Shown: piece after piece, positions 53,601 through 64,000 of the stretch
Layout of the letters: each line of letters starts with the position of its first letter
How positions within the stretch are numbered: position 1 is the first letter of the stretch
NCBI GenBank assembly: GCA_028023455.1
Contig: JAQFVV010000002.1
Location: forward strand, 7,750,001 to 7,814,000
Length of the DNA stretch: 64,000 nucleotides
Origin: Epiperipatus broadwayi
Lineage: Eukaryota > Animalia > Onychophora
Reading direction: 5' to 3'
Translations under genes and position numbers: made by a program
Notes under the pieces: model-generated
The model's database searches: none
Told to the model about the DNA's origin: nothing
The model's input: only the letters and a program-made list of their open reading frames with translations

Positions 53601-55146
53601 CGATATACTTTTTTTATATGTAGTTTTCTCCTGCATCATTTGGTGCACTTATGTGTGGCAGACAGTTTTGTCATGCTCAAATTTTTTAGGAATTCCTGAG
53701 CAATAAATCATTTGATTATTTACTTATCTGTTGCTTTTATATAATTAATAAGCTCATATAAAAATATAATTTAAACATGAATTGCAAACTATGGCAACTA
53801 TACTAAACTATGCAAATTTTTAAACACCATTAACTACACTATTCTTGAAATTTATATAAAATGTATATATATATGTTTTAAGTCTGCTTTTAATTTTTTT
53901 AAAAGTGGCTTATATAAATGTGTGATTGATTAGTTGGAATTAAATAAATTAATATAATGCGATGTTAATATATATTTTAATACTCTCATATTCTTGACAT
54001 TATACAACAATAATTATTACAAGCATTTATAACTAATTTTTTTCCCCATCTTTTTACCATTCTCTTTTATCTTCTTTTAATTATTTATTTATTCCAGGGT
54101 TTGAGCATCATGAGTTTCTCATTTCAATAATCATGAGATATATGGTTATGTAACTACACTCAATTCTAACTAATCTTTTTCTTCTTTTTTTTTACTTTTT
54201 ATCTTGCTTTTTTATACTTCATTTTCTTTTGGAATTAATCACCTAATGATGATGATGATGAACATTGTCTTTAGTTATTTTATGACATCAAAAGTATTTT
54301 TGCTTTTTATTAACTTCTTCAGATCTTTCTTAAATTATTTGTTGATTTTGTTCTTGTTTTTAAACTTTTATATGACATTATATATATATTTCTCAAATAG
54401 CATAAATCTTCATGCTACTTCTTTAAACATACGATTACAGACACAGGAAAAAGTTAAATAACTCCCAAGATTCAAATACTTATAAAACGAATGGGAAATT
54501 AATATCTTGTATGCAATAAAATAAGTGATGAAGTCTTACTAATATAAAATTTAAAAAAAAAAAAAAGAAAGTTATTTGAAAGTGATATTAATTTTTTCCC
54601 TCTATGTAATAACTAACACTTTTTTTTAAAAAAAATTAAGTCTAGAATTCTTATTAACTGGTAAATCAATAATCAGTTTTAAAATTGTATTAATTTTTTC
54701 ATAATGAATTAGAATTTTTTAAAGTTAAACTTTTATCAGTATCTGACTAGATTTTTTTATATCATATGGTGCAATATCCTGTAAGATAAGAGTTTGTAAT
54801 TTAATTTTTTACATATACAGCATATATATATATATTTGAAAGTTTTGCTTGAGTTAGTACAATATATAAACAAAATAATAATTTATTTTTATATACATAG
54901 TATATATATATTGTCTGACAAATTATTTTACTTAAACTGTTTACTAATGTTTGATTTAATACATTATGTAAATAAAGCAATAAAGTTTAATATAGTAAAC
55001 ATTTTCTAACTATTCATATGTAAGTTAAAAACCTTTGTTTTAGTTACATTAATTTTCTGTGTGTGGAAGAATTACTAAGTTTAATAATATAAAAATGAAA
55101 TATGAGACATTAAGAACTGATTGGCTAAGAATATACGAAATTCTAG

Positions 55147-55232
55147 ATAATAACTGAAACACACAGGCTTATTATATACCTGTGTCTATGTAGACACAGG
55201 TATATAATAAGCCTGTGTGTTTCAGTTATTAT
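55147..55232. repeat. Perfect 42-bp inverted repeat with a 2-nt loop
   Basis: ataataactgaaacacacaggcttattatatacctgtgtcta-tg-tagacacaggtatataataagcctgtgtgtttcagttattat. Confidence 0.97.
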
Positions 55233-57976
55233 ATAGTAGAGATGTCTGCCCATCCCTTGTATATGTATTAAATGGATTATGTCCTGTACGTGAAGGGTCA
55301 GATTCACCTTAGGTCAACATGGGTGTGACAATAATCTCAGCCTCATAGTGGCCTTTGAGCATTCCATCATCAGATTTTCAATTGGATGGATGGTTGAAGA
55401 ATTGGAGTGTGGAGTAGATTGAAGTCTTTCCATTAAAGTATGAGGTTTGGCTATCTTAATATATATCTGAGCACTTATAGCATATATGTGTAGAGATGGT
55501 AATCTGGACCAATTGATGATTGCTGGTTTAGCATGAAATACGTATATTGGTGATTATTTATCTTTTCAATATACATGTGTTCAAGTGTATCAGTGTAATG
55601 AGATAGTGGAGAGTGGTGGGTCATGCGAAATTCTAAATAGTGATTTAACATATCATTGATTGTTATCACTAAATGTTTTTTTACATCTTCCTTTAATTAG
55701 CTCCACTTCATCAACTTATTAGTTTAACAAAGCAAACACAAGAATAATTTATATTGATACATATTTATGATTTTATCATACCACTGATGTGTTTGAATCA
55801 GATCTTGAGGAAATTTATGATTAGACAAGAAATAGGAAGACTGGGGGGAAGTTTTTTAAAGTATGATGCAATCAAGATAATATGTTCATTGCTAAAGTAA
55901 TTCAGATTTGCAAGATAATATACAAAAGTTTGTAATAAAATATAGATAATCAGATAATGAGTTTATATGAACTGGAAAATTTTGTTAAGCTTAATTTCAG
56001 TCCGAATTACAATTGTAGAAGAAGTGAAATATAAGTGAAAAGATTTTTTTTTTCAATAGCACAACAGAATTGAAAATCCCATCAATATTTGTTTGTTTTT
56101 GTTCATGCTGTTTGCTTTTTATTCAAATTTTCCAAACACTACATTCATAATTTGTTTTGTTTTGGCAAAAATAATTTAACTGAATTAACATCTGTTAAAA
56201 TGTAATAAGGTGTTATAAAGTAACTTTCAAATTAAACACTTGTTTTGAGAAAATAAAATCAAACCTTTTTCTATTTTTTTTATATGAAAAAGCTCTTGAA
56301 AGCATGACCTACATATATTTTTAATCTTATTTTTAATAAAAACATTTAGAAATATTATTACAGTCACAAATGACTCCAGATGAAAAAGCATTTGAAATAA
56401 TATTATTTTTAATCTTTCAGTTTTTTCTTTTATTGTAGAATTTAATTCACTTATTAATTATCAGCAAGCTACTTCAGACTATGAAAAATATTTAATTTAT
56501 AAGATATTGCAAAAATCCCATAAATATAATGGGTTTAATCAATTGAAATATATATCTAAATTGTATATATGTTACATGATGTTGATATTCATTTTAGACT
56601 TCAGTGTCATGGATAAATGGCTCACCAACAAATTCTTTCTTAGTAAATAAAAATTCCAAAGTCAAAGATTCATGCTATTACCATAGTAATAAAGTAATAT
56701 AAGAATTATACAATCAACTTAATGTGGATTCAAATTTTTAGAGTGTTTTTGAATTTCAGATTGTTAACTTATATAATATAAAACAAATTAAGCTGATTTC
56801 TGGATGCGAGAATTCAAATTCAATGCATTTCACTGAAAAAGGCTAATAGTCCAAAAGTAGTCTGGAAATTTGGACACAACATTGCAATTTAATAGCCATC
56901 AATTAGTCAAGTTCACAATAGTGTCAATGGTTGCTCCTAATAAATGGTATTAAAAGAAAAATAATTATTTCAGATATTTCTATTTGAAAGAACAAAGGAA
57001 GAAAATAAAAATATGTGTAGGGATAAAAGTGCACTCTAAACATAAATTGTTATCATTATTCATCTCACAAATATACTTTACATTCTGCTTGATTAAAAAC
57101 AAAACAAAATTAATACAATATAACATATTTATCAGAAACAAAATAGTTTAGAAAGCTAATAGGAACTTGTTAATAATGCATTTAAAAACAATTAATTTAC
57201 AAAATTACAGCTATAGATTTCATAAATGCTAATTTATTATTTAATCAAAATGAGAAGAAAAAAAGTATATTATAATCTCTTTCTTAATAAAATATTTGAT
57301 TGATCAATTTTGCATGCCAAATATATGTTACTTCAAATATATTTTTTTTAAAAATATACTGTAACTTCATTGCAGAATATTTACCAAACTTGCATTATAA
57401 AACAATTGTATTTTGCTTCTTTTGAAAAGCCACCCACTAATTCTTTTTCTAAGATTGTGTACAATAAAAGGTTTTTTTCTTAAAAAGTGTTCAAACTAGA
57501 ATGAATAAATTGCATTTATATAAGGAATTACAGCAAAATAAAGAAAGTGGTAAATTTGGTAATATAAAAATAATAAACAGTCATGTCTACCCCTTAAGAG
57601 ACTACAATTAAAACAACCATAACAAATTGTAAGCAATGTAAAACTGGTGTAAAACACATGCACAATGTGCTCTATTTTATTTTTTTGTATTTTTTTCTGT
57701 CTAACAGGCTGTAATATTTTTATCCTTTTTTATATTTGCTGTGTAATATTCATATTTTATATTTTTTTTTGAATAAAGTTCCTTTAAAATATAATTATAA
57801 TATTTTAATTTAATTTATTTAATGTACAATTCTATATAATTATAGGTCAATTACACACTGCACATAAATTAATTAAATAGTATATATAAGATTATAAATA
57901 GAAAAAAAATCATAAATAACAAATTACAAATATGATAGGGCTGGGAAGATAACAAAAAAACACAAATGCCATAAAT

Positions 57977-58469
57977 CAGGGGTAGACAAATAGCGGCCCA
58001 TGGGCCACATGTGGCCCACTAAGAGTTTTTATGTGGCCCACCAAGACAATCAGAAAAATCCATCTTGAACTGAAATTTCCTTTCTGTGCATGACTGAAGA
58101 TTCATCTCATATTTTCTAGTAGGATGACCATGTCACTACACATGCACAGTGTAGATACCATGTGCAGTGCTTTTTCAGTTGAACTGGTTAATTTCAATTT
58201 TGTTGTTGCATTAGCAAATATACACAACTCCAATTTTAGTGAAACCATGAACCCTCCGAAAAAATGTAAAATTGGTGATGATTGTCATGTGATTAATGAT
58301 GAATGGACAAACAAATATTTCTTTGATAATACAGGGAATAAAGCAATGTTTATTGTGTTGTGAAAAAAAGGTTTGGCCCTCGACTAACCTTCACTTCCAC
58401 AAAGTGGCCCCCAATGTGGCCCTCTGCTAACCTCTGCAGCCCCTGAGCCAAAACAATTGCCCACCCCTG
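57977..58469 (+). mobile_element. Non-autonomous hAT (Charlie/SPIN-like) element
   Basis: TIRs CAGGGGTAGACAA / TTGCCCACCCCTG; 8-bp TSD ccataaat / ccatagat; subterminal tggccc motifs; transposase N-terminal relic KKCKIGDDCHVINDEWTNKYFF. Confidence 0.9.
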
Positions 58470-60570
58470 CCATAGATAATAAATTAAAAATTATACTTTT
58501 TAACTATAACAATATTATAATTTTTATCATTTAAACTAAAATAATTATTATTGCAAAAATCTTCATTATATTTATTCAATAACCAAAAGAATATCTGAGT
58601 AATAGGTTTTATATATAAAAAAACCCAAAAACCTCAAGTCCTTGTTTTATATTATGCTGATTTAAATAAAATATTTGTTATTAGATTTTGACAAATTATT
58701 CTTTAAGTTATAATTTTGTAAAAAAAATGTAGGTTTTTTATTTTTCTTCTTGAATAGACGGATAATATTGGCTTTATTAATCTGGCATGTGTATAAATTT
58801 TTTCTCCCAATAATTAAATTTTAATATCTTTTTTTGAGTATGGATTCCAAACAATAGATTTATATTCAATAACATAAAGGAAAAAAGCTCTGAACAGTTT
58901 ATAGTTTATATGATTAGTAAACAATATGCTATATCTAAAAATCATTCCCATAATTTTGAGAGCTCTGGATTCAACACGCGCATGTAAAGGTCTGTTATTT
59001 GTAAATCAAATATCCAGATCCTTTTGAAACATATTACATTTAATTTAAGAGTTTCAATATAATAGGACATTTCTAGATATTCAGATTTGTTAGAATATGT
59101 GATGATTGAACATATGTCTGTTTATATTAATCAACATTTTATTTTTATTACACCAAGTTCTAAAATTATTAATATAATTTTATAAAGAAATTTAATTGTT
59201 TAATGTAATCCATTTGAAAATCTTACAAACATCAGCAGAGTATAATAAATATGAGGACTTAAAATAATCCTTAAGAAATCCATATATATATTGAATAATA
59301 ATAGAGTCAAAGTATTATCTTGATGTCTACCCAAATTACAATTGTATAAAGATGACATTTTATTATATTAAAATTTTTTTTTCTATCTTTAATAAACACT
59401 CTAAACCATTTAATAAGCTGTGCAGAGAAACATAATCTGCAGTTTTTAAAGAAGAATATTATGATTTACTCTATCAAAAGTGTTAGATAGGTAAAAATTA
59501 ATTACATTTAATCTCTGTGTGATTTCTATAACATGAGCAATATGATCAAATATAATGATGAAATTTTTTTAAATTGACTTATTTGGCAAAAAAATCATGT
59601 TGAACAGAAGTTAAATAATTACTTCATCTACAATTTTGTTGTGTATACATCTTTATGTAAAACTGAAATAGGTCTAAAATTATTTATACATTCTTTAAAA
59701 CCATTCTTTTGAATTGGAATAATCTTAACAGATTTGAGAACTTCAGGAAAATTGCAATTGTGTGTAAAACAAATTTAAAATGTTGCAAACTGTTAGCAAT
59801 TTAAACTTGACACAACCCTTATAAACAAAAAAATTATATTATCTGGCCCCAAACTAATGTGTAATTTTAGCTTTCTTATTGATAATACAATGTTTTCATT
59901 GTTAAAACCTTCAACTGATATTTTATCATAAGATTTATCAACAAATATAAAAAACACTGATTCATTATGAACATTTCTATATAGATGAGCAAAGTATGTG
60001 AAAGATCTTTAAAAAAAAAGAGAAATTCCAAGCAGTTCCACCTTATTATTATCAATTCCAAAATCAATAACAAGTATATATAGAGAAATTATTCTCCATA
60101 TTCTTTACATAATTTAAAATCTCTTTACTATATAAACATTTGCAAATCTTCTATAATTGATAAAATTATTATGTGTAATGTTACTAGTTTTCTTGTAATG
60201 TTTATGATACATATTTCTTTTAATAGTTTTCCTTAAGAAAAAAAAAAAGAACCAATATGGAAAATCGTGATGAGATACATATTTAATGGGAATATACACT
60301 TCATTAAATTATTGAAAACAGACAAAGTAATCAACTCTGGAAAATATGCTCATAAAATTAATTGTAATTACCTTTCTTATAATCTTTTCATTTTATGAGG
60401 TAATGTTATTCAATTGGAGTATATGTGAATCAATTCAGAATGTTGTAGTGGGAGAATGAATATAATCAAAGTGAAGTAAATTACATAGAATTGAAGTATG
60501 TCCATGAACATTACAAAATGAATTCCTAATAAATTACAAAATTGCAACATTATGTTGGCCCCAAAAAACT

Positions 60571-62560
60571 ATGATGCACACTGAGAAATATAATAATAAT
60601 GATGATGATGATCAAAATCTAGACAATATTGATGAAGCACCTAATACACACAAAAATTCTCTCCCAAATGAAAATGCTTCACCAACTAATTTCTCCATCA
60701 ACCAGACAAATCAAACCTTCAGCATACCAATTGACACCAACAACAAAACTGCTCAGAATGATGATAATCAAACTTTCACCCCATCAGCCAAACCATGTAA
60801 TCAGTTAGTTTCAATGCATACAGCTAAGGTACACAGTCAATAATTTACAATGACAATACTAACCAATTTTCACATATAATAAACAAGACCAGCATAGATG
60901 TTATGAATATACTGACACCACCATTATAACTAATTGAAAGCTATCATACAGATTACACTTCTAAAAGAAAACCTGGGTGACCATGAACAAAACATGCTAA
61001 TAAAAAAACTAAAAATGATCCTGAAATTACCCTAACATGCTCCACTAATAACAGAATTTATAACCTAGAATGCTGTAGTCCTCACTTAACAGACAACCAA
61101 CAAAAAACAACAGAATACTCTAATTGAGTCCAAAAATCTTCATCATTCACTTAATAAAACTTCTATCTCAAACAATAAATTAATAATAAACCCTGAAGAA
61201 AAACATATAGATACCAGTATACCAACCAATAACAAACCTTCCCTACTTTAAAAAAATAATGCAAACAAAACAACTTTTAAATATTTTGATGCCTTAGATG
61301 CCAGCCTGAAAATTTTAATTTTGAGTCATGGCTGGCCATTTACGTTCATACAAGCCATTCTCTAAACCTTAGAAACAAAACAACAAATGGACATCTCAAT
61401 CCATTTAATATAAATAGAACAACTGATTCTCAAAATATATAGTCTAACAATTTTTTTTATTCATTTACTTTCAACATAAAAATAAAGATAGGAGCTTTCA
61501 AGATTTAAACTCAATTAAAAAAACCTCCAGCTAAATAAATAAATTCAATTTACACAGTCACACATCCTGGGTCTGCTAGAAACAAAAATATATAGTGGTT
61601 CTCAGATTGACCCCACAAACTATCTAAGGGACCAAGGCTTTTGTGCCTGTTCCTGAGATCCATCATCACCATCAGATGGCACTGACGTAGTCATCACGAA
61701 AACCTGAGCAATTTTTATCCTTTAAAATCATATATAATGACTCAAATATACTTACAGTCACTTCACCACTGTACTGTTGCACTCAACATAATTTTTGTTT
61801 ACATACTTCCTGGACCAACTGTGATCTCAAGATTACTGCTTCCCATTAAGTCACTACTATCATCAACGCCTTACCCAGTTGTTTTACTGGGCGATTTTAC
61901 CATGAATTATCACAATTTTGCTTCAAAGGGGTTACATCAAAATGGCAAGATCCCTAATGAATACTGAAGGTTTCTTAACACCCAACACCATTTCATTCTA
62001 CAACCATCATTACACCTCATTTATTGACCTGTGCTTTTATCAACCCATGCTTCATTATTTAATTATGTTAACACTTAATCCCTCATCCATTTTTAATGAC
62101 TCAAGTCAAATGCTCAAACTCAATATAAATGCATAAGAATAATTCTTCCTGCACACACTACTGAATTTTTGTACTCTGAAACATACATCATGTTATTTAA
62201 ATTTAGCACTATGGAACTTGACCCTGCTCAACAGTACATTTCTTTTATCAACATTCTGTCATTCAATATTAATTATATTACCAGAACTACCCCTCCACCC
62301 TCAAGATTCATAACTTTGGCTGATGACTTACATAAAAAAAATCACCATGTGTAAATCTGTACTAGACACCTATGCACATATAAAAAGCCTTACACAAGTA
62401 TATAATAACACCTGCAACACTATAAAAACCTTTTTTACCACAAAAAAGAAAATCTGTCTTAACACATCTGGACACCAGGGTCATTGGATGGGCTCTAGGA
62501 TATCCTTCTATTGTCAAAGTTCCACAAGCACTTGAAGTAGAGGGGGTTACAAAAGCTGGA
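60571..62560 (+). mobile_element. Second, divergent and 3'-truncated relative of the 30.8-36.5 kb LINE
   Basis: ETKIYSGSQIDPTNY...PSSPSDG matches ETKIYAGSQVDPSKY...TSPSAG; SFIDLCFY matches SLIDLCFY; LDPAQQYISFINILSFNIN matches LNPIQQYQAFINVLSFNIN. Confidence 0.85.
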
Positions 62561-62579
62561 GGTAATATATATAACCTTT

Positions 62580-64000
62580 GATTCCTCTTGGAGGCCTTAA
62601 TGGAACCAAGCAGGGCAAATTCCTAAATGTCCACTCCATATGTTCTTGTGTTGCAGCTGTTATTACTATGTGATTATTCATATAGTATACAAACATGGAT
62701 GGCTGCTCACCAATATGCATTAGCCAGCATGGTGAGTTTATTGGCTTTTTACCTCTGAGTTTAAGAATATTTTTTCAATATATACAATCATGACAGACAA
62801 AAATAAATCATGGCCCTTATTCCCAGGAGGCTGTAAAGTCACCAACCAAGGCAGCGGTTGGTGGCCAAAGGCAGAGGGTGCTAAGAATCCCCTGATTGCA
62901 GACTCAAGCTGCCATTTGATGATGACTTTTTATTTAGGTATTTACAACTGCAGATCACTTTCAAGTGAAGGAAGATTGCAAGAGTTAGAAGAAGAACTGT
63001 CTTATATTAAATGGGACATTATTAGACTTTGTGAAGTTAGAAGAAAAGGTGAAGAAACAATTGATTTAAAAAGTGGACATATACTCTACTAAATAACTAA
63101 ATGTGTGGTTTATATATGTAATAAGATGAGATATTACCGTAAAATATCTTATCTTATATACTCTACTATGAAGGCACAAATATTGGAAATACAAGTGGAG
63201 TAGAATTCATTATAAATAAAAAATGGAAGAATAACATTGTGAAGATTGATGGTGTATCAGACAGAGTGGCAGGATTAGTTTTACAACTTAATAGCAGATA
63301 CCAAATGCAGATAATTCAGGTTTATGCCCCAACAAGTTCTCATAGTGATGAAGTTATAGAAGATTTTTATATGGATGTACACAAGGTTTTTGATCAGAGT
63401 AAACAACATTTTAAAATTGTTATGGGATACTTTAATGCTAGAATTGGTAAACAAATGAAAGATGAAAATGCTATAGGTAATTTTGGTTATGGTAATAGAA
63501 ATGAGAGAGGACATAGACTTGTGGAGTTTGCAGAAAAAGAAAAACTTTATATTATGAATTCTTTTTTTGAGAAAAATGTTAAAAGGAAATGGACATGGAA
63601 GCATCCAAATGAAGGTATGGCAGAATTGGATTATATTTTGACTAACAGAAAATACATATTTCAAGATTGTAATGTTCTTAATAAATTTAACACAGGAAGT
63701 GATCAACGATTAGTAAGATGTAAGATACATGTTAATGCAAAACTCGAGAGACAAAAATTATTAAGAAAAACAATATTTACAGTTGATATTCCTAATCTTC
63801 AGAAACATTCTAATGAATTTAAATTAGAACTTACAAATCGGTTTCAAGTATTAGTAAATTTTGAACATGATTCAGATTTGAATGACATTAATAGGAAAAT
63901 AAGTGATACACTTTTAAAAACTGCAACAAAGATAGTGATAGAAAAAAGCAGCAATTGACCAATAAAATTTCTACTGAGACTAGAGAATTTATGAAAAAAA
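62580..64000 (+). mobile_element. RTE-clade LINE, 5' part (UTR and APE endonuclease), running off the window
   Basis: YNCRSLSSEGRLQELEEEL...LCEVRR; IIQVYAPTSSH...VMGYFNARIG...NERGHRL...LDYILTN...GSDQRLV. Confidence 0.92.
63079..63168. other. 64-bp hairpin-containing insertion with a 13-bp target duplication inside the RTE endonuclease
   Basis: atatactctacta at 63079-63091 and 63156-63168; internal ataagatgagatatt / aatatcttatcttat. Confidence 0.8.

Noticed and set aside
47914-56650. Scattered short AG...GT open segments (47914-47954 DADFGSRYYRPLNM; ~54098-54144 FEHHEFLISIIMRYM; ~56599-56642)
   Set aside because: Such patterns arise often in AT-rich DNA. There is no consistent phase chain and no recognisable protein.
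62810-62905. Possible HDV-like ribozyme in the RTE 5' UTR (10-bp hairpin gtcaccaacc/ggttggtggc)
   Set aside because: P1, P2 and P3 pseudoknot pairings could not be assembled; it needs a descriptor search on the family consensus.

Overview
AT-rich, strongly CpG-depleted eukaryotic DNA, probably invertebrate and intergenic or intronic. It is made almost entirely of decayed mobile elements. No intact host gene, rRNA, tRNA or CRISPR array is supported. Main elements: a full-length but frameshifted Ty3/gypsy LTR retrotransposon (12557-20450) with ~1.6 kb LTRs, ATAT TSD, putative PBS and PPT; a near full-length L1/Tx1-type LINE (-, ~30842-36456) between (ATT)n arrays, inside one copy of a ~1.4 kb duplicated segment whose second copy (~45700-47050) is the empty site; and a second, divergent Tx1-type relic (60571-62560). 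Also present: RTE LINE fragments at both window ends, several fold-back Penelope-like (PLE) elements, one nearly canonical type I hammerhead ribozyme (9373-9414) plus several relics, a hAT MITE (57977-58469) and a perfect 42-bp hairpin (55147-55232). All calls are from manual reading and translation; no database searches were run, and boundaries marked ~ are approximate.
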